The notes: generated by a model not told the origin, from the sequence alone. Positions 39,927 to 53,745 are shown, numbered from the stretch's first letter. The stretch is DNA of 64,000 bases from Stegostoma tigrinum (GCF_030684315.1 NC_081367.1:62373414-62437413), one strand, 5' to 3'. Translations and numbers: made by a program.

Positions 39927-40763
39927 GTCAGCTATTTCGCATCCTGTGCCTGTCTGAGTCACAGAAATGAGTTCCCAGCCTTTTTCAGAACGATGCCAAG
40001 TGATGCACATCAGGCTCAAGGTGTTGCTCAACTGGTGAAGCGATTTGGCTGGACTTGGGTTGGATCGATCGCAGGTGATGATGACTATGGCCATAATGGA
40101 ATTCAAGCATTCAGTGATGCAGTCAGAAGGCTTGGTGTTTGCATTGCTTTCACTGAAGTAATTCCAAAAGTATTGTCGAGACAAAAGATACTTCAAATAA
40201 CGGAGACCATTAAGACATCTACTGCAAAGGTCATTGTCATGTTTGCCATTGAGGGAGATGCATACCCGTTAATCAGAGAAGTTGTGAGGCAAAATCTCAC
40301 TGGTCGACAATGGATAGCGAGTGAGGCCTGGGTTACATCTGCTTTGATTGCAACAAAAGAAAATTTCCTGACTTTGAGTGGCACAATTGGGTTTGCAATT
40401 CACAAAGCTGAAATTCCAGGCCTGAGGAATTTCCTTCTACAAGTCCATCCTTTCAAATCCCCAAATAATCTCTTTGTGCGAGAATTATGGGAGACATTAT
40501 TTAAATGTTCCTTTGAAACATCAGGTACCAGCAAAGGAATTGACACATCAAAGGTCCCTCATGGACAGTGTACAGGCTTAGAGGATTTAAACAATACCTA
40601 CAGCATCTATTCAGATGTGTCTGAGCTGAGGGTTTCTTACAATGTGTATAAGGCAATATATACAATAGCACATGCTCTCCATAATCTGAACTCTTGTAAA
40701 AATGGCACAGGTCCCCTGCCAAATAACACCTGCGCCAATATTTTTAACTTCAAACCATGGCAG
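39927..40763 (+). CDS. V2R/OlfC gene B exon 3
   Basis: Acceptor ttcctctag; VSYFASCACLS..FGWTWVG..DDDYG..WIASEAW..KPWQ|GTAAGA; 837 bp, open. Confidence 0.95.
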
Positions 40764-42019
40764 GTAAGAGCTATAGGACTCTGAAAAAATTGACATTTTA
40801 ATGTGAGGATATTAATATCCATCTGATATTTTCTTGACTCCCCGTTATGTTGTTGTTTTTCTCACAACTATGTTTTACTGATGATTTACTGCATCCCTTT
40901 TGGTAAGCCTGCGTCACAGAGCAAGTCAAGCCCAATATTATCTAAGTTGGCTAAGTTGGTCTCTCCTGAGTAGTAGCGATGTTAAAACAAGTCACTGGTC
41001 TTTTGGGTTGGTGAGGTGAAAAATAATGAACCAGGATTTCTTACTGCATTTCTCAAGGGAAATAAACTTCATCTGTGAACATTAGATGAGATTAGAATAG
41101 CCTTATCCTTAAGGATTCACACCTCCAGCTGAAAATATCCAGTGGGTTCAAAAGTGACATATGGAGGTCAATTTTTAGCCATATTTTTAAAAGACAAAGG
41201 GAGAAAAAGCAACAAATGACCCATCTGTGATTTCTATCTGGTAAAAGCAAAATATTGCAGATGCTGGAAATCTAAAATAAACACAGAACATGCTGGGTAA
41301 ACTCAGCTGGCCTGGCAGTGTTTGTGGGGAGAGGAATAGAGTTAACCTTTCAAGTCCAATATGATTCTTCTTCAGAACTGCTGACTATCTGCTTGCTGCT
41401 AGTCAGCCAATCTTCTATCCATTCAAGTATATCACTTGATACACTGTGAGCCATTATTTTTATCAATAACTTTTGGTATGGCCTCTTAATAAATGCCTTC
41501 TGGAAATCTAATACATCCTCTTTCATTCACAATACATAATACTTCCTCAAATAACTCTAATAGATTGTCAAAATATGATTTTCCTTTCATAAAACCGTGT
41601 TGATTCCTCCTGATTATGCTGAACTTTTCAAAGTGCCTGGCTATACTGCTATGACAGATGTTAAGCTAAATGGCCTGTAGTTTCCTGCTTTCTATCTCTC
41701 TCTCCTTTCTAGATAAAGGTGTTAAATTTGCTACTTGCCAATCTATTTGAATCGTCCCCCATTCTAAGGAATTTTGGATAAGAATGGGAGAGATTTTCAT
41801 TTTTACCACTTGGGCAGAGAAAGTCAAGCTACAGGATGAAATTCTTAACATACCTTTGGCTTTGTCAATGTATAACAGCTGATTTATATTTTGATCAGGT
41901 ACAGTATCTTAGACATGGTGCTTCTTCTATTAATGTTACTGTATTTGTGAATATATCATAAATGCTGATGCCTAAATACTGAAACATGGCTGTTAATCTG
42001 TTCTCTAATCTTTCCATAG

Positions 42020-42247
42020 CTCCTCCATTACCTGAAAGAGGTGAGATACACCACTAAGCTAGGGGAAGAAATCTATTTTGATGAGAATGGGGATCCACTT
42101 GCATCATATGATATAATCAACTGGCACAAAAATGCAGATGGTTCTGTTAAGTATGTTCAAGTTGGCAGCTTTCATGCCACTCCAAGTTTGGGACATGAGC
42201 TTTTGATAAATGAAGAAAATATTATTTGGCACAACAATCAAATTACA
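42020..42247 (+). CDS. V2R/OlfC gene B exon 4
   Basis: Acceptor ctttccatag; LLHYLKEV..FDENGDPLASYDIINWH; donor ACA|GTAAGT; 228 bp. Confidence 0.94.
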
Positions 42248-43459
42248 GTAAGTTGAGACAATTGTTGTTTGGCTGTACAGTAACCAGTATGATTAATTGA
42301 TGGATATTGCTTTCATTACCTGTGATAGCCATCTGAATCTTCCCAACCTTGACTGCTTCATTAATGCCTTTAGCTGGTATGGCCTTTACATAATTCCAGT
42401 ATCCCTTTGAATAAAAAAAGACACAGAAGAACAGTGGATGCTGGAAATCAGAAACAAAAGCAAATCTTACTGGAAAATCTCAACAGGCCTGGCAACATCT
42501 CTCCACATATGCTGCCAGACATGCTAAGCTTTCCCAGCAATTTTTTGTTTTCATTCCAGTGTAACATCAATGTGATTGGTCCCCATTTATTACCTTGAAA
42601 TGGTCCAACCAGATCCTTATCGAATTTTTAAAGCAACTAAAGATGGAAAATAATTATAACATTAACCTGCATGTGAACACCACCTGAAACACAAGCATGA
42701 CCAAAGAAGACCATAAGACCAGAAGATACAGGATCAGAATTAGGCCATTCAGACCACCAGCTCTGCTTCACTATTCATTCATAGCTAACACGTTTCCCTC
42801 AATCTCATTTTCTGCCTTCTTCCTATAAGCCTTAATCCTTTGACTAGTTGAGAACTTATCCATCTCTATTTTAAATGTACTTAATGACTTGGCCTCCACA
42901 GCCCTCTTAGGCAATGAGTTCCACAGCCTCACCACCCTTTGGCTGAATTCAACCTCATGTCAGTTCCAAATGAGCATCCCTTCACTCTGAGGATTTACCC
43001 TCAGGTCTTAGACTCCCCCACTAGTGGAAGCAACTTCTCCACATCCACTCTATTTGGGCCTCTCATCATCTTTCTAAACTCCATCAAGTGCCGACGCAGA
43101 GTGCACAACCGTTCTTCATATGACAAGCTCTTTGTCCCCAAAATCATTCTTGTAAACTTCCTCGGGATGTCGTCTACAGCCAGCACATCTTTCCTTAGAT
43201 GCAGGACCCAAAACTATGAACAATATTCCAAATGCAGTCTGATCAGAGCCTTAGACAGCCTCTGCAATACACCCCTGTTCTTGTGACCTGAACCTCCTGA
43301 AGTGAATTCTAATATTATATTTGTCTTCCAAATTTTCAACTGAACCTGCATATTAATCTTAAGAGAACCCTGAACCAGGACTACCAAGATTGTTTGTGCT
43401 TCAGATTTAGAGGCTTTCTTCTATCACAGTCTATGGCCCTATTCTTCCAACCAAAGTGC

Positions 43460-44536
43460 TGAATGAGGTTGTTGACTTGCTTGCCGAGCTGGCTGGTTAT
43501 CATACAGATGTGTCAGCACCATGCTAGGTAACATCATCCATGTGGCAATGATGAAGCAATGTTGTTCTACTCCAATTGATATGTACATGATCCGGTCTGT
43601 TAAGTTTCTGGTTCTGTTCTGCATGAGTTTGTATTGGGGTCAAATTCCACAAGTTTGTTGATTGCATTTTGGGGTGAAAACCCAGGCCTCTAAGAATTCC
43701 TGTGTGTGTGTCTGTGGTTGGTTTGAGCTAAGATAGTCATGTTGTCCAAGCTAATTGTGGCCTTGATTCTCTGAGCACACTGAGATAAGGGAAAGTTTGT
43801 TGTGCCATTTTGTTGCTAGCTGGTGCTCATGTATCCAGATAACTAGTTTCCTTCTGTTCTGGCTGATGTAATGTTTGCTACAGTCATTGCAAGGTAATTT
43901 GTAAACTATGTTGGCCCTGCATGTCATGGTAATGGGGTCTTTGGTCTTTGTGAATGTACATTGTAGTTTGGCTGTGGATTTATGTGCGACCGTGATTCCG
44001 AGTGGTTGCAGGGGTCTTGTTGTCAGTTCTGATATGTTCTTGATATGGGGTAGTGTGGCCAGTGTATCATCATAGAATCTTTACAGTGTGGAAACAGGCC
44101 CTTAAGCCCAAAAAGTCCACAACGACCTTCCAAGCATCCCACCCAGACCCATCCCCCTATAAGCTACCTAATTTATACATTCCTGGACGCTACAGGCAAT
44201 TTAGCATGGTCAACCCACCCAGCGTGCACATCTTTGGACTGTGGGAGGAAACCGGAGCACCCAGAGGAAACCCACGCAGATACGGGGAGAATGTGCAAAC
44301 TCCACACAGGCAGTTATCTGAGAGTGGAATCAAACCCAGGTTCCTGGCAATGTGAGGCAGCAGTGTTAACGAATGAGCCACCGTGATGCTCTTATTGGGG
44401 CGCACTGTGTCCTCTTGACATTGTCTATCCAGTTGGCACCTGTAGATGAAGTTGTTGGGCTATCTGTTGTTATCAAAGATCTTGTATAAGTGTTCTTCCT
44501 TCTTGCTGCATAGTTCCAGCTTCTTTGCAAGAACCT
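43460..44536 (-). mobile_element. Penelope-like element (Poseidon-like) 3' fragment
   Basis: NIVYKLPCNDCSKHYISQ..HEH GIY-YIG at about 43825-43915; decayed hammerhead (gatgatgttacc..ggtgctgaca) near 43510-43542; TSD caaagtgc/caaagagc. Confidence 0.8.
44069..44389 (-). mobile_element. HE1-type SINE nested in the Penelope fragment
   Basis: Same family as 21508 and 62362. Confidence 0.9.
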
Positions 44537-45685
44537 CAAAGAGCATAGCCTCACGCCTTCCCACATTGTATTCCACCTGCCACTGTGTTGCTCACTCTCT
44601 AAGCCTACCCAAGTCCTCCAGCAGCCTCCCAGCTTCCTCAACACTACCTGTCCCTCCACCTATCTTTATGTCATCTGCAAACTTATTGGCAATGCCATTA
44701 GTTCCTTTATCCAGATAATGAATGTCAAATGTGAATAGCAGGGGCCTCAACATGGACCCTTGCCGGACCCCACTAGTCACTGGCTGCTATCCCAAAAAGC
44801 CCCCTTTTTTCTCTACTCTGTGCTTTCTGTCAATCAATCAACACTCTATCCATGTCTGTACCTTGCCCTGAACACCTTGGACTCTTATATTTAGTAGCTT
44901 CCTGTGCGGCCGTTTTGTCAAAGCTGCTACGGGAAGCCAAACAGATCATGCTCGCTGGCTCACCTTTGTCTATAATGCTTATTAACTCCTCAATGAATTC
45001 TAACAGATTTGTCAAGCATGACCTCCACTTGACAAAGCTATGCTGACTTAGCCCTATTTTGCCATATGTTTACAAGATATCTGCAAATTCATCCTCAATA
45101 ATGGACTCTTGAATCTTATAAACAGCCAAGGTCAGGTTAAACAGCCTATAGTTTCTTGCCTTCTGTCTCCTGCTCTTCTTAAACAGGGATGTGTTTTCCA
45201 TTCCTCTGGGGCCTTCCCTGACTCCAGTGTTTCCTGAAACATCACCACCATTTGAAATGTCCTGAGCTATCTCCTTCGGAACTTTGAAGGGTAGTCCATC
45301 TTGCCTGGGTGATTTATTCACCTTCACAACTTTCAGCTTTCCCAGAGCCTTCTCCTTAGTGATAGCTATTGCACTCACCTTTGCTCCTACTCTCTTGAAG
45401 TCCTGGTATTCTGCTGGTGCCTTCCATCATGAAAACTGATACAAAGTGCCTATTCAGTTCCTCCACTATTTCTTTGTTAGCCATTACTACTTCTTTACAC
45501 TCAGCTGCTAACGGTCCAAAGTTTGTCATTGCCTCAATCTTACCTTTTAATATATAAAAACACTGTTGCAGTCTTCCCTTGTATTATTAATTAGCTTACA
45601 CTCATAGTTCATCCTCTGCTCCTTTATTGTTTTTTTTTAAGTTACCCTCTGCTGGTTTGGAAAGGCTGCCCAATCCTTTAGCTTC

Positions 45686-46397
45686 TAGAACATAGAACAT
45701 AGAACATAGAACATTACAGCAGAGTACAGGCCCTTCGGCCCTCGATGTTGTGCCGATCTGTCATACTGATCTCAAGCCCATCTAACCTACACTATTACAT
45801 GTATGTCCATATGCTTATCCAATGACGACTTAAATGTTCCTAAAGTTGGCGAATCTACTACCGTTGCAGGCAAAGCGTTCCATTCCCTTACTACTCTCTG
45901 AGTAAAGAAACTATCTCTGGCATCTGTCCTATATCTTTCACCCCTCAATTTAAAGCTATGCCCCCTCGTGCTCGCCGTCACCATCCTAGGAAAAAGGCTC
46001 TCCCTATCCACCCTATCTAACCCTCTGATTATTTTATATGTTTCAATAAAGTCACCTTTCAACCTTCTTCTCTCTAATGAAAACAGCCTCAAGTCCTTCA
46101 GCCTTTCCTCGTATGACCTTCCCTCCATACCAGGCAACATCCTAGTAAATCTCCTCTGCGCCCTTTCCAAAGCCTCCACATCCTTCTTATAATGCGGTGA
46201 CCAGAACTGTACGCAATACTCCAAGTGCAGCCGCACCAGAGTTTTGTACAGCTTCACCATAACATTTTGGTTCGGGAACTTGATCCCTCTATTAATAAAA
46301 GCTAAAACATTGTATGCCTTCTTAACAGCCCTGTCAACCTGGGTGGCAACTTTCAAGGATCTGTGTACATAGACACCGAGATCTCTCTGCTCATCTC
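45686..46397 (-). mobile_element. Young CR1/HER1-like 3' fragment
   Basis: Open 189-aa ORF2 C-terminus (LEYCVQFWSP, TRGHSFKL); perfect (AGAACAT)n tail. Confidence 0.95.
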
Positions 46398-49364
46398 ATT
46401 AATCTTCACCATATCGTGTGCTTTTTTTGTTTTGTTTTTATGCTGTCACTGACTTTCCTTGTCAGCCATGGATACGTCAGCCTCCCCTTGTACCTTTCTT
46501 CTTCCTTGGGATGAATTTCTACTGTGCCTCCTGAATTACTCCCAGAAACTCCTACTACTGCTTCTCCACTGTCTTCCCCGCTAGGCTCCCCTTCCAATCA
46601 ACTTTGGCCAGTGACTCCCTCATGTTTTTATAGTTACGGTTACTCAACTGTTACAACTTTATATTAGTTTCTAGCTTCTCCCTCTGAGACTACATGGTGA
46701 ATTCCATCATTTTATGGTCATTGCCCTGAAGGGTTCCTTCACCTTAAACTCTGTCATCAAACCTGCCTCATCACATATCACCAATCCAGAATTTTCTGTT
46801 CCCTAGTGGGCCATACTGCAAGCTGCTCCAAAAGGCTATCTCATGGATATTTTATGAATTCCTTTTCTTAAGATCCATCACCAATCTGATTTTCCCAGTC
46901 CACCTGCATATTGAAGTTCCACACTTTTCACTTTACCTTGGTGCACATGGCAGTAATAAATCAAATGAAATTGAATTAAACCAAGGAGGTTTTTGTAATA
47001 ACGCTTTTCTTACATGCATTTTCTATCTCCCTACTTACTTTCTTTCCATCATCCTGAATACCTCTAGGAGACCAATACATAACTTCCAGCCGAGTTTTTT
47101 TTCCCTTGTGCTCCATCAACTCAATCCACACAGATTCTGACTTTATATCACTTCTTGCTTTTGATTTAACTGCATTTCTTACCAACAAGGCAGTACCATT
47201 CCCCCTGCCCATCTGCCTGTCCTTTTGACAGGATGTGTATGGGATATTTAGTTCCCAGCCCTGATTCCTCTTGCAGCTATGTCTCTGTGATACCCACAGC
47301 ATTGCACCTGCCAGTTTGAATCTGTGCTACAAGTTTATTTACCTTTTTCATATATTGTGTGCATTTAAGTAAAACACCCTCAATCCTGCATTTACGGCCC
47401 CTTTTCTCATAGTTGTCTCTTTATCTGCTGCGCCTGAAGTTAGATTCCTGACTGTCTCCATGTTGTCCATCCTTTAACTTGCTCTGGAAGCTTTAATAAC
47501 CACTGCTGAGCCTTCCTACCCTTTACCTTTTGCTCTAATACGCCATGCAACTGAACCTACGCTCCCACCATTTAGTTTAAAGTCCTATCTATAGTCATAG
47601 TTTTACATTTCACCAAGTCTCTGGCTCCAGCATGGTTCAGATCCAGCTTGTTCCATCAGAACAGTTCCCTCTTTACCCAGTCTTGGTGCCAATGTCCCAT
47701 GAATTTGAACCTGTTTCTCCCGTATCAATCTTTAAGCCACATGATTGCCTCTTTAATCTTGTTGACCCAGTGCCAATTTGTTCGTGGCTCAGATTATTAC
47801 CATTATGGTTCTGCTTTGCAATTTAGCCCCTAGCTGCTCATATTCCCTCAGCAGAATGTTTTTTCCTCTTTCTACCTGTATTGTTGGTACTTCTGTGGGT
47901 CATGACAACTGATTTTTTTCCTTCCCACTGCAAATTCTTCTACAGCCAAATGAAGTATCCTAAGCCTCAGCACCAGGCAGACGCCACAGCCTTCAGGACT
48001 TTCAATCCTGGCCATAGAGTAGTGTCTCTTCCTCTGACTCTACTATCCCTGATTTCAACAACATTTCTCTTTTCTCCTCCCATCTTGAATGGTTCCCTGT
48101 ACCATGGGGCTATGGTCAGTTTGCTCATCCTCACTACAGCCCCCACTCTAATCCACACAGAGATCAGGAATCTTAAACTTGTTGGATAGGCTGAAGGGCT
48201 GAGTCTCCTTCAGCACTACCTCCTGGGTCCCTCTACGTGCCTCAGTCCTGGTCACAGCCTCCTGTTAGTGAACACTGACCAAATTCAAGGGTTTTAATCT
48301 AAGGGCTGCGACTGCCTCATGAAACATAGTATCCAGGTAACTCTCACCCTCCCTGATGTATCATAGTGTTTGGAGCTCAGACTCCAGCTCATCAACTCTG
48401 AGTCAAAGTTCCTTAAGCAACCAACAGTTGATACAGATATGGTCACTATGAATCACAATAGGTTCCACTTCATGCAGTTGCAACACATCATCTGGCTCTG
48501 AATCTCTCTTTTAATTACTTAGTTCTTAATTTGATTTTAAACAAAAAAAAATTGTACTGGTCTTTTTTCTATGTCATCTTATATTTCCCCTATTTTCCTA
48601 CAATTTGAAAGTTACCTAAAACAAATAGTAAAACTACTGGCCATCACCAACGAATGAACTTACGGCTTACCTATGATGTCTCTCTTTTGTGCTGGGCCCC
48701 TGATCCTGAGCTTTAATTATCCTGTTGAAAAAAACTTTGTAAATTTGGAGCAAAAAACATCGAGCAAAATGCATCTCTTGGCCTCTACACTATATTCCTA
48801 CTTTACCTCAAAATTCTTCAAATGATATACTCAATCAGGCTCTGTCTCACTTTCGGTGTGATCTCTCCTTCCTGATCATGGTAAGCTTAAAGATTTAACA
48901 TTTACTGATACTCACATGTGATATTGAGATTCATAATCAGATTATAGGCCAAAACAGCTGGTGAAAGGCATAGGCTATAAGGAGCAACTTAAAGGCGGAG
49001 AGAGAGAGATGGGAAAAGTTCATGGATGAAATTCCAAAGATTTCTGTCTTGACAATTGAAGATATAGCAACCAATATTTGGGGGAATAAAAGTTAGGAAT
49101 AAGGAAATGACCATAAATGAGCTGTGACAAGATCTCACAGGGTTGAGCGGCTGAAACAGGTTACAAAAGGAGCAAAGACATGTGTTAGTGCATACATTTG
49201 AACAAAAGGGTGGGAAATTCAACATCTAAGGGTAGCTGGACCGATAACCATTGTAAGTTAGTGAGCAGATAGGGTATGGGTGAATGGGTATTATTTATTC
49301 ACATTATGTAAAAATGGATTAAAGACCTAGTTTGTGTGCATGTTTCTTGTTTTTTATCATTTAG

Positions 49365-49488
49365 TCGCCCCCGTCAGTATGCGCAGATAGTTGCCCTCGT
49401 GGCACAAGGAAAGCAATTCGACGCGGACAGCCACTTTGCTGTTTTGATTGTTTGCCTTGCTCTGATGGTGAAATCAGTAATGACACAG
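49365..49488 (+). CDS. V2R/OlfC gene B exon 5 (cysteine-rich domain)
   Basis: [41 protein letters not shown]; acceptor catttag, donor G|GTAAAT; 124 bp. Confidence 0.94.
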
Positions 49489-51007
49489 GTAAATATAATA
49501 CCTCTCCATAAAGCCTTCCCATATCCATCAGTGATGTGAATTCTCCTCCAAGCCCATTATTGATCTTACATTCAGGAGAAGAATGGAAATCTGAGATTGA
49601 TAAAAAGCATCTTTGGCCTGTATCCTGCAGTCTCTTTATCTTCATATTTTCATCTGTTTTGGTACACTTTGTTCAATATTCCTCTGAAATTTCTTCTGTC
49701 AATCTTTCCAAAAACCAAGATGACTTCATAGTCATTCTTTCTCTTCCCTATATTTGCCACTGGCTAATTAAAATATGCAGCACTTGTTCCCAATATTAAC
49801 CCATTGATAGAACAACCCAGTTAGCTCCACTCCAAAGCTCCTTTTCCAACCTTGTAAATGTATCTTTTTCTGAATGCACCTCCAATCCCCTTTTTGAAAA
49901 TCATTTTTGGAGTTATTTCATCTTCCTTTCATACAATGCAATCAAAATCACAACAAATCACTCTTTGTATAAGTTCATCCGTTTAGTCTTTGGTTCTTGT
50001 ACCAATTAGCTCAGAGTATACTCATTAGTGGATGCAATTTACCCCTCTCTATATTGTTAAGACATCATTTTATGTTGAACATTTCAATTAAATCTTATTT
50101 TTCACTGTTGATTGTAAGTAGAACAATCACACATTCACTGGTGTCTCAATGTAACTTACGTAATTTCTCAACTGTTTTCCGTTACTGTTTGGTTTCCTTT
50201 GTAATAGGTTCGGCCTTTTACTTCTCTAGAAAAGTTGTGTGGAAGATGCTGTATTCAAGATTCACACCCCTTTGAGTTGCCAGAATTTGGCACAAAGAAA
50301 CACATTATTGTAGGAATATATATCTGAATGTTCAAAAGGTTTAACTGTCGTATTATTTTTTGTTGAATAATGATCTGCCAATGAATAAACTTTGAGACGA
50401 TTGGTTATACCATAGGACTATACAGTCAAAGAGCACAGAGGAAGAGCATTCTGCCGATCAAATGTGTCCTTATTCTTTTGAGTTGCTATCCAAATTAGTT
50501 CTACTGAGCTGCTCTTTCCAAGTCAACCAAAAAAAAATTTTTGCCTTCAATTAATCATCCAATTTCTTTGGTTGTTTATTGTTGAATCTGCTTCTACCAT
50601 CCTTACAGGCAGCACTGTTTAAATTGAAGTAACATTGTCTGTGCATTTTCATGAGTCACCCTCCTTGAACACTGCTGTATTTGGCTTGGCCTATGTTCAT
50701 ACATCATCCACCAACTCCTTTACTCCATTGTCGAACTCAGCACGATTCCTCTCACTTGGTTCAAATTTTTCCAGCGGATCTACATCAAATGTAGCACTTC
50801 TTGCCAGTACATCATTATTCCTCAATTCTTCAGGAATCCATTCTTGACAGTCTCCTCTTCTATGCCAGTGCAGCATTCCTTGGTGACATTATCTCTAGAT
50901 AAGGCATCAGCTTCCATTAGTGCGTAAATGACAATGAATTCTGGTTGGGATTTTCTTATCCTGAGAAGTGGTGGCAAATGAGACAGTGAGGGCAGTTAAT
51001 GGGGTGG

Positions 51008-51215
51008 AATACAAATGGAAAGAATTACAGATGCTGTAAATCAGGAATGAAAACAAAAGTTTCTGGAAAAGCTCAGCAGGTCTGGCAGCATCTGTGAAGA
51101 AAAAAATCAGTGGTAACGTTTTGGGCCCAGTGACTTCCTGAGGAAAGGTCACGAGACCTGAAGCATTAACTCTGATTTTTCACTTACAGACGCTGCCAGA
51201 CCTGCTGAGCTTTTC
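51008..51215. mobile_element. Palindromic Penelope-derived element centred on hammerhead cores
   Basis: Inverted arms 51063-51135 and 51140-51218; 15-bp TSD cagttaatggggtgg at 50993-51007 and 51216-51230. Confidence 0.8.
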
Positions 51216-52633
51216 CAGTTAATGGGGTGGCCTGGCAGTGATAAGGTACCATATCCTTACTGCCACCAATAAATTAAGTTGCGGTCAGAAACCCCACAAT
51301 TGACCTTGCAGACACCCTACTCTTTAAGGCCTTTAAGCTATCAAGCAATGGCTGATTTAAGAACCTCTTCACCCCAGCACCTGGATTAAATGTATTCCTG
51401 AGCAGCGAGAAAATTGGCAGCCCTCTTGGCAAGGACATGGATGGGGTTGAAAGGAGTGACCATTGAAAGCCACATGCAAGTCCATGCTTTCGATCTTCCT
51501 GACCCCCTTCTCTTTATGACAGACACTCTGTGAAAATGCCCCAATCTTACCATCTTGGTTGTTGATTGAGGACTTTGTTCTTCAGAAGCAGTGCTGCTAC
51601 TTGCCTTATCTGCCACTCTCTGAATGGCTGGCAGCTTCAACAGTACAGACTTTGCTGAAATTCTCTGAGAAGCCACATGAGTCACCATTTCAAAGCCTGA
51701 TAGGTATTGATCCAACGAGCTTTCCAACTGATGGTGTCCCATACAATATGACACATGCCCTCACTTTTTAACTCAAAAATGGAACATCCAAGCCTCCAAC
51801 CCTCCAAAGCTCTCCCAGTTCATCCATCCAGTTAACATTTAGTTGTGCTAATATCTAATTGTGCTGAGCTGTGATCTCCTTTGGCTGAACAATAGGAAGA
51901 GCTCAGCCAATGTCTTACCCCATTACCACAAACTCTGATTCCAATTCTAATTTTAGTCACTCTTTCAAGCTAAAGTAGATAGTTCACCAAAACAACAAAA
52001 AGAGCAGTTGCTGGATAAGCTCAACAGGTCTGGTAGCATCTGTGGACAGAAATTGGAGTTAATGTTTTGAGTTGAGTGACTCTTCCTCAGGCCGGACTGT
52101 TCACCATGCTATTGATGCACAACTACTCTTGACCAAATACACTCTCCAAAGTAGAGATCCATTTTGCCAGCCTCCATCTGTACCTCAATCCCTCTACTGC
52201 TAAAGCACATTACATGCTTTTTATCACTTCAAAAATTTACTGCTCCAATGAAACCCCAAGCAGTATCCACTCTAAGCTGCAGCTCATTCAAATCTTTTAC
52301 GCTCATTCTGACCAAGTCTAAATTCAAGAAATCCCTTTCCTCTCCAAGATACATTTGCTCTAGACCTCCTAAAACCTTCAATGTAATGCTGTGATTCTTA
52401 AGTTTAGATCTTTTTGTCATCTTAGCCTTCCTTTTGTTCCTCTGAAATATTTTCCCACTATTGTCCCTTACAGCACACATTCCCAGTCACAATACTCTTA
52501 TGCTCTAACCTCTTGTGCAAACAACTCCATTACTTTTTCCACCAAAGGAAGACTGGCCACAAAGAGTATAAGCTTCACTTTGAGGAATTCCCTTCTTCAA
52601 ACCCTTCTGGCTCTTTTGCTCTCTCACTTTTCT

Positions 52634-52795
52634 NNNNNNNNNNNNNNNNNNNNNNNNNNNNNNNNNNNNNNNNNNNNNNNNNNNNNNNNNNNNNNNNNNN
52701 NNNNNNNNNNNNNNNNNNNNNNNNNNNNNNNNNNNNNNNNNNNNNNNNNNNNNNNNNNNNNNNNNNNNNNNNNNNNNNNNNNNNNNNNNNNNNNN
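52634..52795. other. Assembly gap (162 N) in gene B intron 5
   Basis: Run of N ending 30 nt before exon 6. Confidence 1.
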
Positions 52796-52825
52796 CATCA
52801 ATGTAAGTACTTGTATTGTTTTCAG

Positions 52826-53745
52826 ATTCACTGAACTGTATTCCTTGTGCATTGGAAGACTGGTCCAACCTACACAGAAATCAATGCATCTCAAAAGACA
52901 TTGAGTTCCTCTCATTTGAAGAGGCAATGGGAATCACGCTGACAAGCATGTCCATGCTTGGAACAGCCAGCACAGTGTCCGTTGCAGGCGTCCTTTGGTA
53001 TTACAGGAAAACTCCCATCGTTCGAGCAAACAACTCTGAACTTAGTTTCCTTCTCCTTTTCTCATTGATGTTGTGTTTCCTGTGCTCACTGAATTTTATT
53101 GGCCAACCATCAGTCTGGTCCTGCAAGCTGAGGCACACACTGTTTGGGGTCAGTTTTGTTCTCTGCATTTCATGTGTACTGGCCAAAACCCTGGTTGTAC
53201 TGATGGCTTTTAGAGCTACCCTTCCCAACAATAACATACTGAAATGGTTTGGAACTGTGCAGCAACTCCTCAGTGTCCTGGCCTGCACAATTGTCCAAGG
53301 TGTAATCTGTGTTGCGTGGCTCCTCATGTCCTCACCATTTCCTGTAAAGCAGACCAAATATTACAATGAGAAGATTATTTTTGAGTGTGATTTAGGCTCA
53401 GTGACAGCATTTTGCTGTGTGCTGGGTTACATCGGTTTGTTATCCTTTGTGAGTTTCGTCCTTGCATTCTTAGCTCGAAGGCTGCCAGATAACTTCAACG
53501 AGGCTAAATTCATCACCTTCAGCATGCTGATTTTCTGTGCGGTTTGGTTGACTTTTATCCCAGCCTATATCAGTTCTCCTGGAAAATACTCTGTCGCTGT
53601 TGAAATCTTTGCTATTTTGGCATCGAGCTTTGGTCTGCTTATCTGCATTTTTGCTCCAAAATGTTACATAATCCTGTTTAAACCAGAAACAAATACAAAA
53701 AAGCATCTCATGAATAAATCAGGCCAGTTCAAAACATATCAGTGA
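52826..53745 (+). CDS. V2R/OlfC gene B exon 6 (7TM domain and stop)
   Basis: Acceptor gttttcag; [43 protein letters not shown]; spliced total 2610 nt = 869 aa plus stop. Confidence 0.96.

Larger units (their letters stand above)
42708..48490 (-). mobile_element. Old near-full-length CR1 LINE in gene B intron 4, host of nested insertions
   Basis: ORF1 esterase remnant (NVVEIRDSRVRG), endonuclease remnant (GNGTALLVR..ESVWIEL), RT (KFADDIK), 3' tail near 42710. Confidence 0.9.

Noticed and set aside
51008-51215. DNA-transposon MITE interpretation of the palindromic repeats
   Set aside because: Arms are unequal, TSD lengths vary from 7 to 16 bp, and the sequence is related to the Penelope 3' end.
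52391-52927. ORFs spanning the N run
   Set aside because: Artefacts of the assembly gap.
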